A stretch of DNA of 64,000 nt from Octopus vulgaris (GCA_951406725.2 OX597817.1:53878001-53942000); one strand, 5' to 3'. Positions 36,194-50,579 are shown, counted from the first letter of the stretch. Notes: a model not told the origin generated them from the sequence alone. Made by a program: numbers and translations.

Positions 36194-38435
36194 ACCAATA
36201 ATGATAATAATAATAATAACAATAATAATAATTATTATTATAATAATCCTTTCTACGATAGGCACATGGTCTGAAATTTTTGGGGAAGGGGGCTAGTTGA
36301 TTACATTGACCCCAGTACGTAACTGGTACTTATTTCATCGACCCTGAAAGGATGAAAGGCAAAGTCGACTTCAGTGGAATTTGAACTCAGAACGTAAAGC
36401 ATTTTGTTCAGCGTGCTAACAATTCTGCCAGCTTGCTACCTAGACAATAAAAATAATAATAATAGTAATAATGATAACAATAATAATAATAACATAGTCA
36501 TATTTCGTATTTCCTCACACATTGCACAACCTTGCCTTAATGCCTTATTCCTATCCCTGCCAATATGTAACCCCTACACATATATACATACAACACACAC
36601 ACACACATATATTTATATATACACACACATATACACATACAAACATATATATATATATAACATATGTATGTATGCGTGTATGTATGTATGTATGTAGGAT
36701 ATATATAACAAGGGGCAGACAGGCATCAAAGAGAGGGTGCTGGGAACATATGAATAAAGGATTTCCCACAAGTGATACGGGATGGGGCAGCTGTACTAGC
36801 AAAAAAACAGGGAGTGGAACAGAAGATGGAAATGCTGTAGAAGTAGTAGCAGCAGCAGCAGCAGCAGCAGCAATGATAGGAACAGTTAAGTGAAACCCTT
36901 CAAATCTATGAGTGAAGATCACTTTGCTGAAAATGGTTCCAGGTTCAATCTTACTGTATGGGTGAGTTCGTTAAATTATAAGGCATCAAAAGAGAATGAC
37001 TCTCCTCAGACACAACAGAATATGCTTCAACACACGAACTCATGTAACGAATCTTGCAAACCAAATCCAAAAATGAAATATATATATATATATATATAAA
37101 AGACTTGTTGAGTCAAGTGAAATTGTAGTCGTGGCTGATGCCAGTGCTGCCTGACTGGCTCCCCATGCTGGTGGCATGTAAAAAGCACCATCCGAATGTG
37201 GTCAATGCCAGTGCCAGCTGACTGGCGCCCATGTCAGTCACACATAAAAAGCACCATTGAAGTGTGGCCAATGCCAGTTCCACCTGACTGGCTCCCCATG
37301 CCAGTGCCGTGTAAAAAGCATCTACTACGCTCTTGGAGTGGTTGGCATTAGGAAGGGCATCCAGCTGTAGAAACCTTGCCAGATCAGATTGGAGCCTGGT
37401 GCAGCCTCCCAGCTTGCCAGTCCTCAGACAAACCATCAAGCTCATACCAGCATGGAAAACGGAAGTTTAATGATGATGATGAATTATATACATCATCATC
37501 ATCATCATCATCGTCGTTTAACGTCCGTTCTCCATGCTAGCATGGGTTGGACGGTTCGACCGGGGATCTGGGAAGCCAGAAGGCTGCACCAGGCTCCAGT
37601 CTTATCTGGCAGTGTTTCTACAGCTGGATGCCCTTCCTAACGCCAACCACTCCGTGAGTGTAGTGGGTGCTTTTTAATATATATATATTTATATGACAAG
37701 CTTCTTTCAGTTTCCATCTACTAAATCCACTTACAAGACTTTGGTCAGCCTGAAGCTATAGTAGAAAGTACTTGCTTAATGTACTACTTGGCGGGACTGA
37801 ACCTGGAACCATGTGGTTGGGAAGCAAGCTTCTTACCACACAGCCATGCCTGCACCTATATAGCAGAGTTTAATTAGGAATTCATTTGAATTCATTCTAG
37901 CTTTACTTTATTGCAACTTTATATTAATTCTTCCATTACTAACACTACTACTGCTACTGCTCCTGCTGCTGCTGCAACCATCAGCATTATCAAAACCACT
38001 ACTACCACTACTGTAGTTATCACCACATTTACTAGAACCACCACCACCACCACTACCACCACCACCACCACCACCACTACCACCACCACCACCACCACCA
38101 CTATCACTGCCGCTACCACCACCACCACCACCAGCATCACTGGAACCTCTATTTTTCTTCACCATCACTGATACCACCAGTAACCATCATCACCATTACA
38201 GCCATAACCACTGGCATACAAACCATCCAACCATCTCCATCACCATCATCACTGCCTTTCATATACCTTCACTGCATGCTCCATCTTCACTGTCATCATC
38301 ACCATCATCACCACCACCACCAACATTACCACATCAACCACCACCACCGTCATCATCATCATCATAATTACCATAAACAACGAAGCCACATTTCTGAATT
38401 GCAAACTGTCTTCATGTGGACAGCACGTGATTGTA

Positions 38436-38439
<4 letters not shown>

Positions 38440-38475
<36 letters not shown>

Positions 38476-38781
38476 AATTCAGTATGGACATCTCATGGCT
38501 GTACTATCTATTAGCAACACACACATGCAAATGCATGCACACACACACACACACATACACATGCAGATGTACATGGGTGTGTGTGTATGTATAGAGAGAT
38601 AGACAGACAATTACACACACAAATACATGCATACATACACAGACACACACACACACACACAGATGTACACGGGTTTGTGTATGTTTAGAGATAGACATTT
38701 ACACATTTACACACACAAATACATGCATACATACACTGACACATACACACAAACACACTACATGCAGATGTACATGTGTGC

Positions 38782-38839
<58 letters not shown>

Positions 38840-39644
38840 GGACACACACAAATGTATATACACAGACAAACACACACACACACACACATGTATATGTGTG
38901 TGTGTATAGGGAGATAGACACATTTACACACAACTACACACATGCATACATACATACACATGGAAATAAGTACGTACACACGTGAGTAGGTAGATGTTTA
39001 CACACATGCAATATGGACACCATGTGAATATACTCTCAAACACATTAACAAAACTATGTACATACACACACACCACATCTAGCTCATGATGCTACTTATA
39101 CACATACATACACACACACACATATATATATATATATAAACAATCTCCCTCGCTCTCTCTGTCTTTCATACATATACATTATACACTGAGATATACATAT
39201 ACATACACACAGATAGTGATAGACACACATACACACTCATGCATATACACACATATAGACTTACAGACAATTATGCACTGTGTTGCACATAGGTACATAT
39301 ATACACACACACACACACACAATAGGGTACTGTACATCATATATATGTATACACACACAAACATACACACATACATACATATACAATGTTGTAGTGTTCA
39401 TTACAAAATCACAGGCACTCACACACAATGGTGTGCTGTATCTTACACACACACACACACACAATCATACACACAAACACACACGCACACACAAACACAC
39501 ACACAAACACACACACACACACATTCACACACACACACTTCATAACACACAACGTACACACTTCTTTCTTTCCTTCTCTCTACCCTCACACATACATACA
39601 TTTATAATAACACATTTACACATATTTTATAGCACAAAACACAC

Positions 39645-39700
<56 letters not shown>

Positions 39701-40196
39701 ATACACACACACGGACACACACATTTCATAACGCAAAACATACACACTTCTTTCTTTCTTTCCTTCTCTCTCTACCCACACACATACATACATACCCTTA
39801 TACACACACATTCTCACACATACACACATATTTCATAACACAAAACATACACACTTCTTTCTTTCCTTCTCTCTCTACCTACACTCATACATACACTTAT
39901 ACACACATTTACACACACATACACACTCACACACACATTTCTTAATACAAAACATACACACTTCCTTCTTTCTTTCCTTCTCTCTCTACCCATACACACA
40001 CCCACTTATACACACACTTACACACATACACACAATTACACACTTCTTTCTTTCTTTCTCTCCCTACCCACACACATACACACACTTCTCTACAGACACA
40101 AAACCACAGTAACATACTTCCCGCTCTCCTCTTTTTCTCTCCCTCCATCACCCTTTCTCTCCCTCCATCACCCTTTCTCTCCCTCTCTCTCTCTCT

Positions 40197-40230
<34 letters not shown>
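38440..40230. repeat. Compound (CA)n/(CT)n/(TA)n low-complexity tract; similar tracts at 1-220, 9900-10140, 13765-14070 and 49775-50200
   Basis: Direct inspection. Confidence 0.9.
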
Positions 40231-40232
<2 letters not shown>

Positions 40233-40634
40233 ATGTAACACTAATACACCACGTAACACAAAACACATAAAGAAGCAACCACAACAACCACAACAACAGC
40301 AGAAAGTGTGCTAGACCTCGGAGTGGTCGGGTGGGGTGGGGGTAACCAGCGTGTTTAACCTAGTTTGAGTGTCACACACACAGATAGGGGTGGTGTATAT
40401 ATTTGGAGAGGAATGTAGCAGAAAAGATGATGTAACGACACAAACATACACACACACACATACATAGTGCATATACATTAAGTCTTCTTTCTTGCTAAAA
40501 CCATTATATATATATATATATATATATCATCATCATCATCATCATCATCGTTTAACGTCCGTTTTCCGCGCTAGCACGGGTTGGACGGGTCGACCGGGGT
40601 CTGGGAAGCCAGGGGCCGCTCCAGGCTCCAGTCC

Positions 40635-40681
<47 letters not shown>

Positions 40682-40928
40682 TATATACATATATATATAC
40701 ATATATATATACATATATATATACATATATATATACATATATATATATACATATATATACATATATATACATATATATATATACATATATATACATATAT
40801 ATACATATATATACATATATATACATACATACATATATACATATATATATACATATATATATACATATATATATACATATATATATACATATATATATAT
40901 ACATATATATATACATATATATATATAC

Positions 40929-40983
<55 letters not shown>

Positions 40984-41046
40984 CATATATATATACATAT
41001 ATATACATATACATATATATACATATATATACATATATATATATAC

Positions 41047-41092
<46 letters not shown>

Positions 41093-42165
41093 TTGTTTCA
41101 GTCATTTGACTGCAGCCATGCTGGAGCACTACCTTCAGTTGAACAAATCGACCCCCAGGACTTATTCTTTGTAAGCCTAATACTTATTCTATCAGTCTTG
41201 TTTGCTGAACCGCTAAGTTACAGGGACATAAACACACTGGCATCGGTGTCAAGCAATGGTGAGGGGACAAACGCAGACACACAAATACATACATACATAT
41301 AAGAACCATCCGAATGTGGCCAATGCCAGTATCCCCTGACTGGCCTCTGTGCCAGTGGCAAGTAAAAAGCACTATCTGAACATGATCAATGCCAGGACAG
41401 CCTGACTGGCCCCAACCCCCCATGCTGGTGGCACAAAAAAAGCACCATTCGAATATGGCCAATGCCAGTACCCGCTGACAGGTCCCTGTGCCAGTGGCAC
41501 ATAAAAAGCACTCACTACACTCTCAGAGTGGTTGGCATTAGGAAGGGCATCCAGCTGTAGAAACCTTGCCATATCAGATTGGAGCCCGGTGCAGCCAACT
41601 GGCTTGCCAGTCCTCAGTCAAACCGTCCAGCCCATGCCAACATAGAAAGCAGACATTAAATGATAATAATGATGATGGTGAATGTGCTTCTTTCAGTTCC
41701 CATCTACCAAATTCACTCACAAGGCTTTGGTCAACCTGAGGCTACAGTAGAAGACACTTGCCCAAGGTGTCATGCAGTGGGACTGAACCCAGGATCATGA
41801 GGTTGGGAAGCATCCACGCCTGTGCCTATATATCATCATCATAATCATTTTATATCCGTTGTCTATGCTGGCATGGTTTGGATTGTTTGACCAGTGTGTT
41901 TTAGCATGGTTTTCTGTGGCTGGATGCCAACCATTCCAAGAATATAATGGGTGCTTTTACATGCCACTGGCACGAGTGCCATTTGCATGACATCAGTATC
42001 TGCCACGACTGCAGTATATATATATATATATATAAGTTCAGCAAAATTTAGATTCAGATGAATATGGTACTAAAGTTAAAGGCACCAGAATTTGGTATGG
42101 TATTATCCATATAAATCAAATGGGGTGATTATAATCAAAATAAGCAACAAGGATATCCAAGGTAG

Positions 42166-42253
42166 TGTAGTACAATTGTTTCATGCTACTTCATTTTATT
42201 AAACACTGTAAGTATTAAATCAGTTTTAAAATGTCGAGCAATCTTCAGCCACA
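42166..42253 (-). ncRNA. Minimal type I hammerhead ribozyme-like motif
   Basis: UGUGG-CUGAAGA-U-UGCU..CAUUUUA..UAAAAUG..AGCA-U-GAAA-CAAUUG-UA-CUACA; palindromic ACAAUUGU stem III, GUA triplet, U.U mismatch closing stem II. Confidence 0.55.
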
Positions 42254-43717
42254 TATAGAATTTTTTAATTAAATGGACAAACTATATTTTTATACATATT
42301 TCATTTGGCAACATTACAAAGAGGGTAGATATATAGACAGAGAGGTTAATTTCATCATCAAGAACATTGTAGTAGAATGTCTTTCCTCATCTGTAGATTT
42401 TTTATCATTGACTGGCCTCGTGCCGGTGGCACGTAAAAAGCACCATCTGATCGTGGCCGTTGCCAGCTTGGCCTGGCCCCTGTGCCGGTGGCACGTAAAA
42501 AGCACCATCCGATCGTGGCTGTTTGCCAGCCTCGTCTGGCACGTAAAAGCACCCACTACACTTACGAGAGTGGTTGGCGTTAGGAAGGGCATCCAGCCGT
42601 AGAAACATTGCCAGATCAGACTGGGCCTGGTGCAGCCTTCTGGCTTCCCATACCCCAGTTGAACCGTCCAACCTATGCTAGCATGGAAAGCGGATGCTAA
42701 ACGATGATGATGATGATGATGATGATGAGTTCACTTTGTTATTCTTTGTTATATATTCTCATCAATATATATATATATATATTGATGAGAACTGAAGCCT
42801 GAGTGAAGGTCTCTCGCTCAGCAAGTGTGAACTGGGTAGCAGGGTGGACCTGGTCATTATCCAAATACTGCTGCAAAGTTTAGGAGAAAATGAACTCAAA
42901 ATGACAATAGAACATGCAATGGAATGTTATTACAGAAGCGAACCTACCAAAATAGGACACTGGAAAAGAATAATAATAATAATAATAATGGTTTCAAATT
43001 CTGTCAAAGCGCTAGGGGTTAAGTTGATTACATCAACCCCAGTGCTCAACTGGTACTTATTTTATCAACCCTGAAAGGAAGAATGACAATGTGAACCTCA
43101 GTGGAATTTGAACTCAGCACACAAGGATGGACGAAGTGCCACATGGCATTTAGCCTGGCGCAGAAATGATTCTGCTAGCTCATTACCTACATAATGATAA
43201 TAATAATAATATTGGCACAGGGCCACTGTTTGGGAAGAAGCATAACAACAGATTTCATCGATCCCAGAATTCAATCAGAGATTTAGTTTATTGACCTCAA
43301 AAATAATGAATGACAAATGGTCGCCTGAAAGGGATTTGAACTCAGAACGTAAATGGATGTAACTAAACACTCCAAAATGCTTTGTCCAGTTCTGCTAATA
43401 ACTAAAAACAACAACAACAACAACAACCATAAAATAAAATCAATTAATAAGCAAGAAAACCACAATGATATGAAGAAAATTAATTCATACAAAAAATGCC
43501 GTTAATTGGGGAGATGAAAAGAAGCCGGTGCTCGTCAATTAGCGATCATTTATTAATTATGACTGTTTAGTCAGCCAACAGATCAGGTGTTAAATAGTGG
43601 AAAGAACCGGTTTATTAATAAAGTAGTCTGAGCTCTAAGTACTTTGCTAGGTTTAAGCCTCAGGGGAAATAAAGCTCAGCTTTATTCACTAATAAACGTA
43701 ACTGATTGGTTGCAGAA

Positions 43718-43756
<39 letters not shown>

Positions 43757-43760
43757 GATG

Positions 43761-44277
43761 TTTTTTCCTTCTTTCTTCAAATTTTCTTCCGTTTCTCGCC
43801 GAGTGTTTTCCATACACCTAGGGCAGAGAAGGGTATTGTATGCATTCCCAGATTACACGTGCAAATTCACAGATAAAATATGTATTTAAAAATTAATAAA
43901 TAAATAAATTCATGGAAGGATGTTATTTTCACAGCGATAGTGCTCTTCTCAGTACATGAGCCGTTGCAGTTAATATGATTTTTTGCACTTCCTGTAGGGA
44001 TGGTAAGCCTGGAATCATTTTCAAATAGGTTTCAGTACCTTTTTTTATCATTGCTAGAGATCTTACAATCACTGGTACTGTAGTCGCCTTGAGATGCCAC
44101 ATTTTTTCAATTTCTTTCAGTAGGTTTTTATATTTACTAATCTTGTCAAATTCTTAATAAACACATCCTTTTTGTCTGATCTTTTATAATAATATCTGGT
44201 TTATTAGCTTTTATAGTCCTGTCGGTCTGCATGAGGAAGTCCCATAGAATCGACACATTTCCTCTCTCAGTCACAGC
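43761..44277 (-). mobile_element. 5'-truncated R4/Dong-type (restriction-like endonuclease) non-LTR element inside a TAA/TTA microsatellite
   Basis: Minus-strand translation ILWDFLMQTDRTIKANKPDIII..[deletion]..KEFDKISKYKNLLKEIEKMWHLKATTVPVIVRSLAMIKKGTETYLKMIPGLPSLQEVQKIILTATAHVLRRALSL* (stop 43929-43931); (tta)n on both flanks. Confidence 0.8.
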
Positions 44278-44318
<41 letters not shown>

Positions 44319-45030
44319 TTTAAGGTAGTGAGCTGGAAGAATTGTTAGCATGCTGAACGAAATGCCTTGAGGTATTTTGCATGTCAATATGCTCTGAATT
44401 TCGTCGAGGTTGACTTTGGCTTTCATCCTTTTGGAGTCGATGAATTAAGTACCATTTGAACACTGGGGTTGATGTAATCGACTTAATCTCCTCCCCCCAG
44501 CTGCCCTTATGGCAAAAATTATCATTATTATTATTATTATAATCACTATTATTAAAGGTGGAGAACTGGCAGAATTGTTAGCATGCGATGTAATCAACTT
44601 AATCCCTACCCCCAAATTTCAGGCCTTGTGCTTCCAAAAGAATCATCATCATCATCATCATCAAATAGCTGAGTTACAGGGATGTAAACACATCAATACT
44701 GGTTGTCCAGTAGTGATGGGAGGACAAACACACACACATACATGACAGGCTTCTCTCAGTTTCCGTCTAACAAATCCACTCACAAGGCTTTGGTCAGCTT
44801 ATAGCTATAGGTGCCATGCAGTGGAAATGAACCCAGAACCATGTGGTTGAGAAGCAAGCTTCTTACCACACGGCCACACCTGGGACTTTCTAAAGTATTA
44901 GATATTAGGGTCCAGTAGAGTAAAATGTGAATCAAAGGGGTCAAAAAACAAAAAAATGGTTGAGAACCCCCTGATCTAATCTTTGCAGCTATCATTGAAT
45001 AATGACCAGATTGGTGTTGCAATACAGCAG

Positions 45031-45195
45031 TGGACAGTTGCTGGGTGGACACATGCTGGGTTGACAGTTGCTGGGTGAACAGGTGCTGGGTGGACTGTTG
45101 CTGGGTGGACACTTGCTGGGTGGATAGTTGCTGGGTGGACACTTGCTGGGTGGACAGTTTTTGGGTGGACAGTTGCTGGGTGGACACTTGCTGAG
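45031..45195. repeat. 15-bp minisatellite (TGGACAGTTGCTGGG) x11
   Basis: Direct inspection. Confidence 0.9.
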
Positions 45196-45579
45196 TTTAT
45201 ATTTAGAATGACATTGTAGGGTACATTAAAGAGGATGGATCTGGCTTGTTTAAACATAAAACAGGTAAAATATTTAGGTTGGATATGATCAGTTTAAATG
45301 CTAAAAGGTTAAGACAGACTTCACTACACCAATCATCATCATCATCAAGATCATTGTTGTCATGTTTTTCAAGGTGCATGTAAATTTCTCCTGCACCATC
45401 TGTTGCACTTCTGAGTGCAGCATTGTCTTTTATGAGTATTCAATCATATCTCTATACACTATAGCTGTTTTACTTGGCTTTGAGATTTTTTTTTGTTGTT
45501 TTAATTTTTTTTTTTTTTTTGCTACTACAAAGAGGCCCACCCGCTACTACAATGCTGTCATTTAATTGGGTTTTTTTTT

Positions 45580-45771
45580 TTTTTTTGTTAAAAGTATTCT
45601 TTTCAGCTGACTACAAACACAGCCAGGCTGAAATAAAGCATACTTCCAGGAGTGAATAAAAAATTCTCAAACTTGAGGGGGTGGGCCCCTTAGTTACTAA
45701 CAAGAGCCCCCATATATGGACTCTAATGGCGTAGAGGCCCACTTGCTGGTAACCTGGCCAGTCCACCACTG
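45580..45771. repeat. Dispersed repeat, second copy at about 48620-48831; probable DNA-transposon end
   Basis: Colinear, about 190-210 bp, both ending ..agtccaccactg. Confidence 0.6.
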
Positions 45772-46914
45772 GTTGCAATGTTAGGTTGTGATTGGAGTAA
45801 AGACTACATCTTATGTGGGTCGTTATTGTTGTTGTTGTCTAGCCTTCGTCCTCTAACCCAGCAGATTTATGAACATAGAGATTCCAACCCTTATTGCCCC
45901 TTCTTTTATGTATGTGAAGGGAGCTGTGGGCCACCTTTTCCATCATGTTTTTTTTTCCCTCTTTAAATTCTTTTAATACCAACTAAAACCACCCCTGTTG
46001 CCATGGTACAGAATCCACATTTAAAAATGCCTGACTATAATTTCAAATAAGAAACACTCATCATAGAATTAATTAAGACAAAATCAATTATGTGTACTTT
46101 ATCTCCTCAAATTCTTAATAATTTTTAAAACTAAAACACATAGAAATATAGTGATGAATGAGTTAAGACAGTGTGATGTGATTTGAGGGAGATTTGGTTG
46201 CTATTTCTAGCAAATTGAGCAACCATATACAAACTCTATCAGCCCCTATTGTGTATGTTGTAGGTGGGAGCATGTAAGGTATGTTATTGACTATGTGAGA
46301 GTATGTGCTGTGTGGGTAGTTGGGGAGTGGATACCATGTGATTTTGCACCTACAAAGGAAATTGTTAAGATTAACTATTATAGCTTAAACAATGTCAATT
46401 TCCACAGCACTTCTATAGTTCTTCAGGTGTGTACAGCATTGTCCTTGTGGGAAATGTGAGGTGGTGGTGGTGTTTCTGAACTATATATATGTTGAAGGCA
46501 TGTGACCCCACCTTTGCTTCCCCCACACCCCAACACCACCACACCATACCACACACCACCACAATACCACACCACACCACATCACACCATCTCGCACACA
46601 CTAGCACTGACCACTTCCCAGCACCTACACCATCATCCACACACCTACACATGCATGCACACCTTCATTTTGGGATCACCACTACTTTATTATCTCCCCT
46701 TCTTCCTAGCTCTCCTGTGTGACCCCTCTGTCTGACATTCGCCATGATAGATCGCTAGACACTAAACCTTTTTGACTTTCTCTCTTTGTGTATTTCAGCA
46801 TTCCTTCCTGTCAAAGAGCACAGGCTCAAAACGTAAAAGACTTTCTCACTTCCCGAGCATTAAACTAATACATCTGTTTGTTGTTTACATACCCATACAA
46901 AAATTTTTTAAATT

Positions 46915-47349
46915 ATAAACATAATTATAATTAGGGTTTAGCAAAATTGCTTCACCACATACCGAAATTTAGAAATAGCACTTAAATACTATTCTACTAC
47001 CAAAAGATATCTCCCAGACAGCAATACTCTCAACTCACATAGGCAAAGAGGAAAAAATAACGAATCCATCCGGCTTTGATTAACTATATACGCGTTTCTG
47101 GATTAAAGATATGTAAAATTACTCATACCTTATTTCCATCATCAGTATAGTATTTCAAATATAAATTTGATAGCACAAGTAATCAAGATATTCATTTGAC
47201 CAAGCGCCATTGAGCAAAATTAATATCCAAAAACTGGTACTTCCAAATTCATACAGATGAGTTAGGGCTCGCACCTTCTCCCAATCACCCATGTGCATTA
47301 CAAGTAATCCCGCAGAAACTGCAGTTTATATCAGGGAGAGAATTATTAT

Positions 47350-47350
<1 letters not shown>
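46915..47350 (-). mobile_element. Probable Penelope-like element terminal repeat fragment carrying the hammerhead
   Basis: AT-rich, non-coding segment next to (TA)n that contains a canonical minimal hammerhead. No RT or GIY-YIG ORF is visible, so the class is inferred. Confidence 0.45.
47083..47151 (-). ncRNA. Minimal type I hammerhead ribozyme (Penelope-like element type)
   Basis: ACUAUA-CUGAUGA-UGGA[..AAGGUAUG..CAUAUCUU..]UCCA-GAAA-CGCG-UA-UAUAGU: perfect 6-bp stem I, intact core, palindromic ACGCGU stem III, GUA cleavage triplet. Confidence 0.75.
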
Positions 47351-47442
<92 letters not shown>

Positions 47443-48188
47443 GATAGATATGCTGTGACTGAGAAGACCCAGCAAATAAAGTGAGATCACAGCTGTAACC
47501 TCCACCAGTGTTGCATAACCAACCAACTCAAAAGGTACCCTTGGATTGTAGGGTGACATGGCATGCTTGAGGAAACCTACTGAGTCAAGTACATCAACAT
47601 CAAAATGAAATCAAATCACAATCAAATGGAAATTGTAGTTGTGGTTCCTGTGCCGGTAGTATTTAAAAAACACCATCCAAATGGGGTCAATGCTAGCACA
47701 GCCTTAACTAACTTTCATGCCAGTGGCATGTAAAAGTACCATCTGATCGTGGTCAATGCCACCCAAATCTGGTCCCTGTGCAAGTCGAATGTAAAAAGCA
47801 CCCACTACATTCTCAGAGTGGTGGCATTAGGAAGGGCATCCAGCTGTAGAAACATTGCCAGATCAGACTGGAGTCTGGTGCAGCCTCCTGGCTTCCCAGA
47901 CCCCGGTCGAACCGTCCAACTCATACCAGCATGGAAAACGGACGTTAAACGATGATGATGATATATATGTATATATATATATATGACATACACACACATA
48001 TGTATATACATATATGTATCTACATTTATATATACATATATATGTGTACACATTGTGTGTGTGTGTGTGTGGTCTGCCTTGTTCTTTGGTACTTTATTCT
48101 CCAAGACCATCATTTGCTCTACCAAACTCAGCTTAGAACAAAACTACTACAGAACATCCGTTCTCTGAAGAATATCATATTGCTACTG

Positions 48189-48224
<36 letters not shown>

Positions 48225-48884
48225 TTTCTTCTTCTTCTATTACTGCTGCTGTTGCTGCTACTGCTACTATTAGCATAGCTTTGGTGCTGCTGCAGTTGTT
48301 GACAGTCCGTATGAAATCATAGCAGGACTTTGAAAATGGTGGAATATAGAACAGAAATAGACACAGCAACACACCGCCGACAAAAACAGCAGCAACAACA
48401 ACAATAGTCCATTACACTATAGGCACAAGGCCTTAAACTCTGAGGTAGGAGGGTGCTGGTCATTTACATCAACCCCAGTACCCCACTGGGACTTATTTTA
48501 TTGATCCAAAAGGATGAAAGACAAAGTTAATTTCAACGCAATTTAAACTCAGAATGTAAAAACGGATGAAATGCCACTAAGCATTCTGTTAGCTTGCCAA
48601 TGCTATCATTTAATTATTATTTTTTTTTTTGTTAAAAATATTCTTTCCAACTGTCTACAAACAGAGCCAAGCTGAAATAATTAATGCATTCTTCCAGGAA
48701 TGAATAAAAAATTCTCAAACTTGAGGGGATGGGTTCCTTAGATACTAAACTGGGCCCCCATACATGGACTCTAATGGCACAGGGTTCCACTTGCCATTGG
48801 GCAAGCTAGCAACCTGGCTAGTCCACCACTGTATGTGTGTGTGTGTGTTTGTTTGTGTGTGTATGTATGTATGTATATTTATAT

Positions 48885-48943
<59 letters not shown>

Positions 48944-50579
48944 TCATAATCATCATTGTTCAATGTCTGTTTTACATTCTGGCATGGGCTGGACAGTTTG
49001 ACTGAGGTCTGGAGAGCCAGTGGCTGCACCAGGCTTCCAATCTGATCTGGCAATGTTTCTACAGCTGGATGCCCTTCCTAATGCCAACCACTCTGAGATT
49101 GTAGTGGGTGTTTTTTACGTGCCACCGGCACATACATATATATATGTGTATATCTATATTTATCTATCTATATTTATATATAAATAATATATATATATAT
49201 GTTGAGAGAGAGAGGTGGAGAGGGATGGGGAGAAAACGAGATGTTATACACTGAAATATAAATAACATATAAGATAGATGAAACCCTAAAATATTATCCA
49301 TACATACATGTATGATGTGCTTCTGTGGCATCAAGTGATGCTGACATTGTCAATATCTTTCCTAATAACGATACTACAGACCCATTGTTTACATCCATTG
49401 AAGTAACCGCATCACTAACCCAACACACAGTTGGTCTAAGAATTGGTCTTAATATAGACACAATGCCTGAAATTAGCAGAAAGGAAAATAATCCATTATG
49501 TCAATTCTAGCAGATACCCATGGTTTCATTTTATTGACCCCAATAGCATAAAAGGTCAATTTGACCAATGCTGAATTTGAACATGAAACATAAAGACCGG
49601 GAGATTTTTTGCAACACTGTACCAATTCCACCAGTCCACTCCCGCCTGGTTGTTACTGGAATAATTAGGAAGTTGGATCTCTTTCAAGTCCAATGTAGTT
49701 TTTGGATTTTTTGAAATTTACTTCAAAGCCAATTGGAAAAGTGATTCTTTCACCATTTTTCAGTGATAAGAATGATACACACATACATACATACAAACAG
49801 CATACATACATATGTTCATACATGTAATATACAGGTACATAGATACATGCACACACAGATACATACATACATACATGCAAACATACATACATGCATACAA
49901 ACATACATACATACACGCATACATACATGCATGCACACATACATACATGCATACACGCATACATACATACATGCATACATACATACATGCATACATACAT
50001 ACACACATACATACATACATACATATACGCATACATACATGCATACATATACATGTTCACACATACATTCATATATACACACATACATGCATACACGCAT
50101 ACATACATACATATGCACACACATATGCATACACACATACATTCACACACACACACACACACACACATATATGTACATGTATGTATGCATGTGTGTGTAG
50201 TACATATATGCAAACACCGACTGCACATGAACTGAACTCTGCATTCATAAGTTTGGATTTGCACCAAGCTGCATTGTTTTTTTGTTTTCTTTTATAAAAT
50301 GAAGAACCTCCTAAATAAAGGATTTTGTTCTTCAGATACGTTTACTGATTAACCGATAATGCTGTGTGTGTGTATGTGTGTTGGTGTTGGTGTGTGTTGG
50401 TGTATGCATGCGTGCATGTACAAGCATACACAACTCACCTCTGCATGTTATAAGAATATGGTAATCTTTCAAATATAGCAGGGGTTACGTTCCAAACTCC
50501 CTCCCCACCGCGATAGGAGAAAATCCACAGCAAAGTAGAAACAGTATTGTATATATATATATATTTTAAATTTTTACCC

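Noticed and set aside
44780-45257. STQQL / VHPAT repeat-protein ORFs
   Set aside because: Translation of the 15-bp minisatellite running into transposon and SINE sequence.
46805-46840. cctgtcaaagagcacaggctcaaaacgtaaaag resembling a hammerhead (GAGC/GCTC stem, AAACGT)
   Set aside because: Both CUGANGA and GAAA are mutated; cannot be called without a family consensus.
50432-50550. Minus-strand donor gag|gtgagt as a Dab 5' exon
   Set aside because: The would-be exon runs within about 20 nt into a pogo/Tigger-like transposon end; no independent support.
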